This document shows positions 29,068-41,689 of a DNA stretch of 64,000 bases, in pieces. This DNA comes from Eledone cirrhosa (Eukaryota): the NCBI GenBank assembly GCA_964016885.1, contig OZ024747.1, forward strand, positions 1,488,001-1,552,000, in the 5' to 3' direction. The notes under the pieces were generated by a model. That model saw only the letters and a program-made list of their open reading frames with translations, was not told where the DNA came from and did no database searches. The position numbers were made by a program, and so were the translations under genes. How positions within the stretch are numbered: position 1 is the first letter of the stretch; the number at the start of each line of letters is the position of its first letter.

Positions 29068-29738
29068 GTGTGTGTGTGTGTGTGCGCGTATGTTTATATA
29101 TATACAAACAGCGACATCTACGCACCCAGCTGAGTACTTCATGTTTGAGGGTGTGTGTGGTTATCAATGGCCATGATGTAAGCCAATTACAACTCTACTG
29201 GCCACAAATTAGAGACCAGCTTATCGTTGTCAAAAAATCTGCTGACATCTGACCCGTGTTCCCTTTCTTCTCCTTTTTACTGTACATTACCCTGTCTTTA
29301 TCTTACCCTGCCATTAACAGTGGTACCAACTGGTGTCCCCAGAATACCGTCCAATGTACGAGTGGTTGGTGAGTAGGAGGGGTTGTTGAGCTGTGTGTAT
29401 ACTCCAGTTGAAATATGTATATGTATATATATATATATATATATTTTTTATAATAAATATAATCTGAGTTTTTCGAATATTAATAACATTCGATTCGTTT
29501 GCAATTACGCAAACAAGCCTCATTTTTAACGTCATGTCAGTAGAATGAACCCCTCATTCTTGCTCTTGTGTTGGCATGTAAACAGAGCTGCAAATCTGGC
29601 TGATCAGTGGATCTGCTAATATGCAGACCTGACTGATCAGCCAGTCTGCTAATATGCAAATCAGGCCGATCAGTCACTCTATATTTTAGAAAATAGCTTA
29701 TATTTTCACTAGCTCTGACAGTTTGGCAGGTGAACAGT

Positions 29739-29788
29739 GAGCTGTACTGATGAAGGGTGATACCCAGAAACATTAGTGTCTGCAGTTC
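29739..29788 (+). ncRNA. Type I hammerhead
   Basis: GAGCTGTA-CTGATGA-A-GGGT-GAT-ACCC-A-GAAA-CA-TTAG-TG-TC/TGCAGTTC; 8-bp stem I; GUC cleavage after 29780. Confidence 0.9.
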
Positions 29789-29967
29789 TGTTTACATGCC
29801 AACACAAGAGCAAGAATGAAGGGTTCATTTTACTGACATAGCGTTAAAAATGAGGCTAGTTTGCATAATTGCAAACGAATCGAATATTATTATTAATATT
29901 CGAAAAACTCAGATTACATTTATTATATTCAGCCATGTAGAGCGAACATTTAAAATATATACATATA

Positions 29968-30191
29968 TAGGGGAGGTGGAAGCATTTCTGGGGAGGGGCA
30001 AATGTGGACAATTTAGTTGTAGTGATTAGTTTAGCTCTTTGCACTCTAAAATGGTGAGAAAACCTCGATATGAGATAAACATAACATGTACATAAATTGT
30101 AGCACATATCCTGATAGATGTGTTTTGGTAGTTTGGGGAGAAAATATTATTGGATGGGGACATGCCCCCACCTCCAGTTCCACCGCCACTG
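29968..30191. mobile_element. hAT-type MITE, second copy
   Basis: Reverse-complement match to 39195-39526, without its hairpin insert. Confidence 0.75.
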
Positions 30192-30280
30192 TATATATAT
30201 AATTTTTCCTAAGGAGTTAATATATCGACCTTCTTCGCATTTGGTAAGAAACTGGAATTATACTCAATTTATTCATCTCC

Positions 30281-30331
<51 letters not shown>

Positions 30332-30745
30332 ACAATGGCAACATTGAGGACCGAGTAAGTTAGATTACCGATATAAAAGACAGCGAGAAGCGAAAACCAA
30401 CCAAACAGTGAGTGTGTTCTGTTATTAATTCTGGCAATATTACACAAATATGACCCTCCCCAAGTATAACAATATTTGTTTCGACACACGATTTCATATA
30501 AAAAACCTCGCAAAACTAATTCATCGCCGCTATATATATACATATATATATATATTCATTTATTATATGGCTATTGATGAGCTTTGTTGCTCTAAAGTTT
30601 CACCTGTGCACTCACAGGATCACCAGTCTTGTCTGGTGAGTACGCAGGTGAAACTCCAGAGTAACAAGGCTTAGTTATAATAAATGAATATTTAAACTCT
30701 ACTTAGGTTTTGAGTTTTCATTCTTACGTCCGTCAATAATTCACG

Positions 30746-31058
30746 TACTCTCAGGTCTTGAATAATCGTCCCTACCCCCCACTTATTAATTTGTCACATT
30801 TTTTCCACCCCCACGTCCCACCCGCTTATTAAACATTGCTAATCTATCTCCGGCAAAATTTTATTGTAAGTGATTCATATTGATACAGCAGCTGAAGAAT
30901 CTAATAATTTTATTTTACATTAAAAATACTTTATATATGACAAAAGAAGAACATTACAAGAAATCCCATATTTACAAACGTACACTATACAATTACTGAT
31001 TTCCCAAGCCCCCACCCCATTATTGCTACCCCCTCCTATTATTTGGGCCCCGGGAGTG
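30746..31058. mobile_element. Possible MITE with imperfect TIRs
   Basis: ACTCTCAGGTCTTGAATAAT versus reverse-complemented ACTCCCGGGGCCCAAATAAT. Confidence 0.4.
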
Positions 31059-31366
31059 ACACCAAACTCTCCTCCTCTCTATATCTACCACGACACCGCC
31101 TCTCTTATCCCACTCTCTATATCTAAGACTAATACACTCTCTCACTCTCTATAAATATCTATACATATCTCTCCTAATCTCCTTCTCTATATCAATCACC
31201 CCTAAACTCTCCCCCTCTCTATATCTACTACACGGCGCTCTCTTCCAATACCCCTCTATATATCAATAGCCACCAAACTCTCCCCCTCTCTATATCTATA
31301 CAAATAGATGTAGATTGGGGAGAAAAATATAATTATTGGGGGCATATATACATAAATACACAAACA

Positions 31367-31630
31367 CAGGGCCGGATTTAATGGGGGGCGAGGCAACTGC
31401 CCCCTGCAATGGGAACCCCACCAGTGACAGCCGTGGCAATATATTTGTACCCTCAGCTGGGCTTTTTAGTTTTAGGATGGTTAGAGTTTTTTAATCTAAT
31501 CCCTGTATATTTAACTTTTCAATTCCAATTACTTGTACCTGCTTTGATATGGGGTGGAGGGGGGTGTATTCTAATTTACTGTGTATGAGGGGTCAGCCCC
31601 TCCCCCCAACAAGGTCTAAATCCAACCCTG
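31367..31630. mobile_element. hAT-type MITE
   Basis: TIRs CAGGGCCGGATTTA / TAAATCCAACCCTG; 8-bp flanks CACAAACA / CACACACA; a related inverted copy lies at about 45590-45753. Confidence 0.75.
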
Positions 31631-31808
31631 CACACACACACACATATATATACATATATATACATAGATATATAAACTCACACACACATACAGGCACACA
31701 GTCACGTATTACATAAACTCTCTCACACACATGCACACACATGGAAACACATGCAAACTCATGCACACACATGCACACACACGCACACACACGCACACAC
31801 AAATACAT

Positions 31809-31843
<35 letters not shown>

Positions 31844-34490
31844 CACACACAGCCACGATTTAACAAAAGAGGGAACACGACTGAAAGTGGATGAAGACCA
31901 AACAAGATACATGGTGGAATCACGTGAAGACTTTGTGTTGTGGTGGTAGTAGTGGTGGTGGTGGTGGTGTGGTGGTGGTAGTGGTGGTGGTGGTGGTGTG
32001 GTGGTGGTAGTGGTGGTGGTAGTGGTGGTGGTGTGGTGGTGGTGGTAGTGGTGGTGGTGGTGGTAGTGGTGGTAGTAGTAGTGGTGGTGGTGTGGTGGTG
32101 GTAGGAGTAGTGATGGTAGTGGTGGTGGTAGTGGTGGTAGGAGTAGTGGTGGTGGTGGCAAAATAACTATACCAGTTAATAACCCCTTTAAAAAAATTTA
32201 TTTTTATTGTTACTTGAGGGTGATGGTGGTGGTGGTGGCGGTGGTGTGGTGGTGGTGTATGGTGGTGGTGGTGGTGATGTTTTGGTATGGGGGTGGTAGT
32301 GGTGATAGTAGTGGGGGTGGTAGTGTTGCTAAGCTGATACTTTAGCCGTTAAGTACCACCAGTCACCACCACCACCACCACCAATTAATTGACCAATGTT
32401 CACTTCCGGTCAACTACTTCAGTCACGACACGAAACAATGCACACTTCCGGCAAACTGACCAGCTTAGTGTTCATACAGATTTTGGACCGCTTCCGGTTT
32501 ATCGGAGATAAGGGTAGGGGAGGAGGTGGTGTTGGTGTTGGGTGTTATTAAGACAAAGAGAAGGAGGGAGGGGTTAACTTGGGTACAGTGTTATAGTGGT
32601 GTTGGTGGTGTTGGTGTTTGTGGTGGTGTTGGTGGTGGTGTTGGTGGTGTTGGTGTTGGTGTTGGTGGTGTTGGTGTTGGTGTTGGTGGTGTTGGTGTTG
32701 GTGTTGGTGGTGTTGGTGTTGATGTTGTTGGTGTTGATGTTGTTGTTGGTGGTGGTGTTGGTGGTGTTGGTGTTGGTGTTGGTGGTGTTGGTGGTGGTGT
32801 TGGTGGTGTTGGTGTTGGTGCTGGTGGTGTTGGTGGTGTTGGTGTTGGTGTTGGTGGTGTTGGTGGTGTTGGTGTTGGTGTTGGTGTTGGTGGTGTTGGT
32901 GTTGGTGTTGGTGGTGTTGGTGTTGGTGGTGTTGGTGGTGTTGGTGTTGGTGGTGTTGGTGTTGGTGTTGGTGGTGTTGGTGGTGTTGGTGGTGTTGGTG
33001 TTGGTGTTGGTGGTGTTGGTGGTGTTGGTGTTGGTGTTGGTGGTGTTGGTGTTGGTGGTGTTGGTGGTGTTGGTGTTGGTGTTGGTGGTGTTGGTGTTGG
33101 TGTTGGTGGTGTTGGTGGTGTTGGTGTTGGTGTTGGTGGTGTTGGTGTTGGTGGTGTTGATGTTGGTGTTGTTGGTGTTGGAGTTGTTGGTGTTGGTGTT
33201 GTTGGTGTTGTTGGTGTTGTTGGTGTTGGTGTTGGTGTTGTTGGTGTTGTTGATGTTGATATTTGTGATGTTTCGCCCCATGTCAACACTAATGATAAAC
33301 AATTGTTTCAAAGTTTGAGAGTAAAGTTAAATCAAAATAAAGTCACTTGATGTCAACTCTCGATTCCCCCAAAATTGGGAGAGTGGAATAAGGGGGGGGG
33401 GGGGTAGGTATATCCCAATGATACAGACCCGGACAGCGTGGGAACACGCTCTCTGATGTGCAAAACCTCAAACACAAGCCACCTCATGGTCCCACTGAAC
33501 AGAATGGAGATGTTACCCCGGAGGATAGTGTTGAAATATCCAACTGGGGGGGGGGGGGGGGCTTACTCGATCGTAATATCAGTGAGTGGGAGTGTGGGAG
33601 GGTCGGAGACTAAGAACGCCGGAAGTCTTGATAATAAGTATGGTTTATAAATTGTTTTATTGGGAGATGTAACTCCTTGTCGGGGCCAGGATTTTACCTG
33701 CTGAGGCCCTAAGCTATGAAATTTGAGGTCCTTCTCGAAAGAAAAATATCGTCAAAAAGTTTTTATATAATTATATATGATTACTATATTTTTATATTAA
33801 TTTTAATGATAAATAGTAAACTATATATATATATATATATATATATAGATATAGATATATAAAGAAAAAAAGATGAAATCGAAAATGCAACTGGAGTCTT
33901 ATTTTAAAAAAAAAAAAAAATTTATTTGGTTCCTTTACCGGTTTCGCAGTTCTTCTGCTTTTCAAAAGTAGAGTGGATTTTCTCACATCTGGTTGGTCTC
34001 TGAATGTTACTTGTTTTATATAGAAAAAAGTGGCTCGAAAGGCCAGGTTTTTAGAGAAGTAATTTGATTGGTTGGTCAATAATTATAATAAATTTCGCGC
34101 CAGTTCGCGTTACAAAGTTCTTCACAAACAGGGGGGGGGGGGGGGGGGGCAGGTTGTTTTTTCATATATGAGTGTTTGAATTTCTTTTTACTTTAAAAAA
34201 GGGCCTCACGAAGGTTTTTTTTAAATAAACGTAATTTGATTGGTTATAAATGAAATTATGCCTGTCACGTGAACAAGTTTTCATTAAATTTCGTGCTCTT
34301 ATTTGGAAATCTATTCTGTAGCCTTTTTAGAGAATTTTATGACAAGCAAAAGATAATGGTCAAGAGAAATGGGATGGGAGAATTGTTTTGGTTCAGTGAA
34401 TATGGTTAGTTCACTGGGGTGTCAGAATTCAGATTTTCTATTGAAATAAAGAATGTAAAGATATGTATGTTTATTTGTGTGCTTGTGTGC

Positions 34491-34559
<69 letters not shown>

Positions 34560-34593
34560 GTGTGTGTGTGTGTGTTTGAATTTCTTTTTACTT

Positions 34594-34647
<54 letters not shown>

Positions 34648-34658
34648 CATATATATAT

Positions 34659-37238
34659 AAGGAAGAGCAATTAGAGTCGTACAGTATAGAGGAACAGTGG
34701 GAATTCCTGAAAGCTAACCTGCTGAAGGCGACAGATGAAATCTGTGGCTGGAGCAGACCTATAGGCAGGAGGAGAGAAACTTGGTGGTGGAACAGTAAGG
34801 TGGAGGAGTCAATCAAGGCCAAAAAGCAGGCTTGGAAAGCATGGCGGGATGGGGGGAAGTAGAGAAGACTATCAAGTGGCCAGGAGGGAAGCTAGGAGAC
34901 AAGTGTACTTCGCAAGAAAGGAAGCAGAGGAAAGAAACTTCAAATATGTTCTACAATGTGAGGACCAAAAACGTGAGGTGTTTAGGATCGCTGGGCAATG
35001 TGTTAAGGAAAACCGTGATATTGTCGGGGAGAAGTGTGTCCTTAATGATGATGGTGTACTTGCCATCACTGACGCTGATAAGAAGGTAGCTTGGAAGTGT
35101 CACTACGATAGGCTACTAAATGAGGAGAATAAATGGGAGAAAGACAATCTCCCCCACATCGATCCAATAAAGGGACCAGCAGTGCAAGTTGAAGGTAGTA
35201 TAATAAGTAAGGCGATCAAAGATATGAAGACAGGCAAGGCGGCTGGGCCTTCGGAAATAGTTGCTGAAATGCTGAAAGCATCTGGAACGGTGGGACACAC
35301 TATGGTCACCCAGATAGTAAACCAAGTCATACAGAATGGGGTCGTTCCGAAGGACTGGCGTAGCAGCATCATCATTAACTGCTACAAGGGTAAAGAAGAT
35401 GCCCTAGATAGGGGAAACTATAGAGGCATTACATTAATTGACCAGGTCATGAAGGTCACAGAAAAAGTAATAGCGCAACTAATCAGAGAATGAATTGATC
35501 TAGATGAAATGCAGTTCGGGTTTGTGTCAGGTAAAAGTACCACAGACGCTCTTTTCATTGTACGACAACTACAGGGGAAGTACCTAGCTAAAAGTAAACC
35601 CCTATACTTAGCTTTTGTTGACTTGGAGAAAGCCTTTGACAGAGTCCCCCGCTCCATTATCTGGTGGGCTCTTAGAAAACTAGGTGTTGATGAATGGCTT
35701 GTGAGAGCTATACAAGCCATGTATAAAGAAACAGTCAGCAAGGTTAGAATTAACAACGAATATAGTGAAGAGTTTAGCGTAAAAGTTGGTGTTCATCAGG
35801 GCTCCGTCCTTAGCCCCCTACTATTTATTATTGCCCTTCAGGCTATAACAGAGGAGTTCAAGACCGGCTGCCCATGGGAACTCCTATACGCAGATGATCT
35901 AACGCTCATAGCTGAATCAATGGCTGAACTAGAGAAGAAATTCCAAACATGGAAGCATGGCCTAGAATCAAAAGGCCTTAAAATTAACCTGTCTAAGACT
36001 AAAGTTCTAGTTTGTAGGAAGGAAAATAGGTCACTGGTCCCATCTGGGAAATGGCCATGCTCAGTGTGTAGGAAAGGAATAGGCAGAAACTCCATTTTAT
36101 GTCCCAAATACAAAGTATGGGTGCATAAAAGATGTAGTGGGATCACAGGTAAGCTAACTAAGAATATAGATTTTATATGTGGCCGGTGCTCAGGTGCAAT
36201 AAGTAGCAGCAAGTGCCCACAGAATACTAGCTTATTCCATTGCACAGATGGTTCTATAGAAATAGTGGACACCTTCCGTTACCTGGGTGACAAAATCACC
36301 AGTGGCGGAGGGTGCTCTGAAAGTTCAGTAGCTAGAGTCAGAACGGGATGGAAAAAGTTCAGAGAGCTTATACCACTATTGTCCGCTAAAGAGTTCTCTC
36401 TAAAAATGAAAGGCAGTCTCTATGATGCCTGCATACGAATAGCAATGTTACATGGCAGTGAGACCTGGGCATTGTGTGCAGAGGATATACGCAGACTAGA
36501 GAGGAACGAAGCTTGGATGCTCCGTTGGATGTGTAATAGTAATATACGTGAACGGCAAAGCATAAATGAACTAAGGGAGAAATTAGGAATAAGAGGGATC
36601 AGATGTTGTTTACTCGAGAGAAGACTACGTTGGTATGGTCACGTGATGCGCATGAAAGACGACAGTTGTATAAAAAAGTGCAGGGCGATAAAAATAGACG
36701 GTAGTCACGGTGTAGGCATACCCAGAAAAATCTGGGACGACTTGATAAATTCCGACCTCACGCACTTACACCTCTCCAAGACAATGTCACTGGACCGAGA
36801 TCTTTGGCTCTACACAGTAATACAGAAGACCCGCCTTGCCTAAGTACAAAGCGAAACCTACAGTCAGTATGCACCTCTAACAAAAATACACCCCGGCCCC
36901 ACTACCCCCACCCCACCCACACCACCCTTTCAATGTAAAGTTATGTTGGTACCACAACATCCAGTCCTAAATAAATGAGGTCGTGTAGGTGTCACGACAA
37001 AAAAAAACACACAGTCCACGCTGTAATGTGGCCGTGTAGGTAACACGGTAAAAACCTCCCAGTCCACACTGTAAACGTGGTTGGTGTTAGGAAGGGCATC
37101 CAGCCGTAGAAAACCCGCCAGACAGTCCTATACGAGCAAGACAACCAATCTTGCCTCAAGTGGGAAAATTCCCGTCCAGACCCACGAAAGCGTGGAAGAT
37201 GGACGTTAAACTATGATGATGATGATGATGATGATGAT
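34659..37238 (+). mobile_element. RTE-clade LINE, 5'-truncated (no APE endonuclease), with 3' UTR and (GAT)n tail
   Basis: RT motifs NYRGI, QFGF, FVDLEKAFD, GVHQGSVLSP, LLYADD, FRYLG, HGSETW, RLRWYGHV. Lesions: a +1 frameshift in the G run near 34851 and a TGA at 35491-93. Tail TGGACGTTAAAC(TATGAT)(GAT)n. Confidence 0.95.
35509..36843 (+). pseudogene. RTE reverse transcriptase with embedded PHD-like zinc finger (continues the frame of 34849..35493)
   Basis: 444-aa ORF with YADD and a CxxC...CxxY..WVH..C...CxxC insert. Confidence 0.92.
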
Positions 37239-37273
<35 letters not shown>

Positions 37274-37495
37274 AGTAAAAAACAAAAACAACCACAAAGA
37301 GTGCAGTACAAAGTGTTAGTATTAGGTTCACGCTTGAGAGGGGGGGCGTTTCGGGTATAAGCCCTTCATCAGGAGACAGGTGGGAAGGAGAAGAGTTCCG
37401 AGGGCGTGTGAGGGGGTGGGGTGGAAAGACATTGAAATAAAGGGAAAAAAATTAAAATGAAAACAAGTGGTGAAAGGGTGTGAGGCGTGTAGAGG

Positions 37496-37573
<78 letters not shown>

Positions 37574-37964
37574 ATCTAAATATATATACAGAGAGTCTGC
37601 GGTGCTGAGACTACGGAGACCATTAATCCTGAAAACCCCCATCGTGAGTTTAACTCACACCACAAAGACCGAAATACTGCAAGGCACCCGATACTCTAAC
37701 AGTTCCACCAGTCCTCCACTCTGGTCTGGTACTTTATTTTATCGACCCCGAAACAATGAAAATCAAAGTTGAGTTCAACTAGATTGAACTCCGAGTGCAG
37801 GATAAATATTTGAAAGGGAAGTGTTTGCTCCTTACAAAATCTCCTTTTACAAAAAAATAAGATAAAAATGAGAATGTCAGAACTGGACAAGATGTTATCA
37901 CTGCTGTAAAGGAAGTCATAGAAACTCATTAAAAACAAAGACTCTTCTAGAGATTATCCCCTGC

Positions 37965-38405
37965 GGAACAATAGAATGGTGTATAAGAGTGAAGGTGTGG
38001 AGCAATAGAATGGTGTATAAGAGTGAAGGTGAGCAACAATAGAATGGTGTATAAGAGTGAAGGTGAGGAACAATAGAATGGTGTATAATAGTGAAGGTGT
38101 GGAGCAATAGAATGGTGTATAAGAGTGAAGGTGAGGAACAATAGAATGGTGTATAAGAGTGAAGGTGAGGAACAATAGAATGGTGTATAAGAGTGAAGGT
38201 GAGGAACAATAGAATGGTGTATAAGAGTGAAGGTGAGGAACAATAGAATGGTGTATAAGAGTGAAGGTGTGGAGCAATAGAATGGTGTATAAGAGTGAAG
38301 GTGAGCAACAATAGAATGGTGTATAAGAGTGAAGGTGAGCAACAATAGAATGGTGTATAAGAGTGAAGGTGAGCAACAATAGAATGGTGTATAAGAGTGA
38401 AGGTG
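37965..38405. repeat. Minisatellite, about 33-34-bp unit
   Basis: (ACAATAGAATGGTGTATAAGAGTGAAGGTGAGGA)n. Confidence 0.95.
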
Positions 38406-38889
38406 TTAAACTGATCATAATTCCACTTAGGGAGTTCAGGGCGGATTTGAACTTAGAACGCAGAGAGTTGAAATTCTATAATGAGAAATAATTGCCTCTA
38501 AATTAGTCAACAATTGTGGCGAAGGGGAAAGTCGATTGAATTAACCCCAGTATATTACTGGTACTTTATTTCATCGAAATCGTAAGGATGAAAGGCAATG
38601 AATTAAAGAGGGATAAGGTGGGGAAATAGCGAGATTGGGGGAGAGACGATGAGTTGATGAGGAGTAAGAAGGGATACTTAAAATATTAAGGGAAAGATAT
38701 ATACTGACTAACACACACACACATATATATATATATAGAGAGATTTTGAGTTTATGTTGGTTGTATACCAACACCTCAGTATGCAGGCTGGAGCACTCGA
38801 CGAAGTGCGCAGGTTGGTTTGGTTACTCCGGAGTAGTGTAAAATAAAGTTAAATAAAAGTCAAATGATTAAAATTTAGCTTCGTTTATT

Positions 38890-38944
38890 ACTGCTATATA
38901 TATTTCAGTGACAGCCATCTTTGGCTGTGACCTCTTCAGGCAGT
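38890..38944 (-). ncRNA. Type I hammerhead (relative at 21933-21991 has C3G)
   Basis: ACTGC-CTGAAGA-GGTCACAGCCA-AAGA-TGGCTGTCACT-GAAA-TATATA-TA/GCAGT. Confidence 0.86.
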
Positions 38945-39194
38945 TTGAATTAGTATGGTATAGACAAGTACATATGTTGTTTAGGTGTATAATATTGTCA
39001 ATACTCTGATATGCCCAGTTCCTTGTTGAGTTGTTAATTCACTGAGGAATATATATATATATATATATATATACTGCATATATAGATGAATAAATTGGGT
39101 ATAATACCAGTTTCTTACCAAATGCGAAGAAGCTCGATATATTAACCCCTTAGAAAAGGGTACAGAGCTTAATTTTTTTTAAATTATATATATA

Positions 39195-39526
39195 CAGTGG
39201 CGGTGGAACTGGGGGTGGCGCATGTCCCCCTCCAATAATATTTTCTCCCCAAACTACCAAAACACATCAGGATATGTGCTACAATTTATGTACATGTTAT
39301 GTTTATCTCATATCGAACTTTTCTCACCATTTTAGAGACAACGAGCTAAACTAACCACTACAACTAAATTGTTGAATAGTCTTAAATAGTCTGTAGATGG
39401 AACTCAGGTAAACACCTGAGTTCCATCTACACAAGTATTTGAAACTATTCGATATTCCAACGCTTTGGATTAAAACTAAATTGTCCAAATTTGGCCATCA
39501 CTTCAGAAATGCTTCCACCACCCCTG
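39195..39526. mobile_element. hAT-type MITE
   Basis: TIRs CAGTGGCGGTGGAA / TTCCACCACCCCTG; an inverted copy lies at 29968-30191. Confidence 0.75.
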
Positions 39527-39587
<61 letters not shown>

Positions 39588-39654
39588 GTATATATATATA
39601 TATATATATATTATTTAGATGTGAGAAAAACCACAGACCCTCCATCTCAACTCA

Positions 39655-39692
39655 CCTTTTGAAAAGCAGAAGAACTGCGAAACCAGTAAAGG
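39655..39692 (+). ncRNA. Minimal U3-A8 variant hammerhead (second copy 33932-33969, minus)
   Basis: CCTT-TTGAAAA-GCAG-AAGAA-CTGC-GAAA-CCAG-TA/AAGG; the other copy has a palindromic ACCGGT stem III. Confidence 0.72.
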
Positions 39693-40305
39693 AACCAAAT
39701 AAATATATATATTTTTTTAAATAAGACTCCAGTTGCATTTTCGATTTCATCTTTTTTTCTCTATATATATACATATATATATATACTCACATATAATTCT
39801 ACACACATACGCCATAGATATAGGTGTAATTGTAGATATAAAGAAGTCGTGTATACAACGCCACGCCACGCTTCTCCTACCATTGAGAGTCAGACAGTCT
39901 ATAATTAAACTTAAGGGATCGCTTATTAAGTCCTTCGCTGTCACCATCGCCACTACCACCACCACCACCACCATAACTACCACCTCAGATCCTCCCACTA
40001 CCACCACCACCACCACCACCACCACCCACCCATCATGACCGACATCATTATCACCACCATCACATTTACCACTCACCACCACAAATTAGAGCTTGATTTA
40101 CTAAATTGATGGGTCAACTTCTGTACCGACATGACCTCTTATAACTACTACTACTACTACTACCACCACCACCATCACCACTACCACCACCACCACCACC
40201 ACCACCACCACCACCACCACCATCACCACCACCACCACTACTACTGCTACTGCTACTACTACTACTACTAGTGCTACCACCACCACCACCACTACTACTA
40301 CTACT

Positions 40306-40384
<79 letters not shown>

Positions 40385-41352
40385 TAATTGTCCCTAATAT
40401 GGCACAAGTCCACACAATCAAGGGAGCTGTCTATTCTCAGTACTTAACTGTGATATTAATTGGCCCCCGTAGGATTTGATCTGGAAATATAAAAGACTAC
40501 TCGTAAATGTCGCTATAATAATAATTGTTTCTACTTTTGGCACAAGGCCAACAATTACCCCAGTACATTACTGGTACTTTATTTTATCGACCTCGTAAGG
40601 ATGAAAGGCAAAGTTGACCTCGGCGGGATTTGAACTCAGACCATAATCCCGCCGAGGTAATAATAATAATGATTTCTTTAAGCTGTGAGTTCAAATCCGG
40701 TCGGGGTGGACTTAGCCTTACATCTCTCAGGAGTTGATCAAATAAAGTACCAGTCATGTACTGGGGTCGATATAATCACACCCCATCCCACTAAAACAAA
40801 TTGCTGGCTTTGTGCCTAAATAAGAAATAATAATTATTTCTAACATTGACGGAAGGTCAGCAATTTGGGGCGAGGGAAAGTTAGATCGACCCCAGTGGGT
40901 GACTGGTATTTTATTGGAAGGTCAGCAATTTGGGGCGAGGGAAAGTTAGAGCGACCCCAGTGGGTGACTGGTATTTTATTGGAAGGTGAGCAATTTGGGG
41001 CGAGGGAAAGTTAGATCGACCCCAGTGGGTGACTGGTATTTTATAGACCCCCGTAAGGATGAAAGGCAAAGCTACTGTTGATATTTTCAACTGAATGTGC
41101 TGAAACCACGTCAAATAAAGTGTTTTGTTCAAGAATACAACACAGAACCCAGTCCAAGAATCGAACCCACAATATTGGCATCCTACAACCTTAACCACTA
41201 GACCACACCTCTTCACAATATATTGTAGAGGTACTATGAAGTACCAATAGTATAGGTACTATATTGTAGAGGTACTATGAAGTACCAATAGTATAGGGAA
41301 TCTATTACACTCCTTTTACAAAGCTGTGGCACTGTGAAAAATAAATAAACCC

Positions 41353-41400
<48 letters not shown>

Positions 41401-41436
41401 CTACTACTACTACTACTACTCCTACTACTACTATTG

Positions 41437-41480
<44 letters not shown>

Positions 41481-41520
41481 GCTACTACTACTAACAACAC
41501 TACTACTACTGCTGCTGCTG

Positions 41521-41601
<81 letters not shown>

Positions 41602-41689
41602 ACAACACTACTACTACTGCTGCTACCACCACCACCACCACCACTACTTTCCTATTAAAGCAATTCACACCTGGTATTTAAAAATGAAG

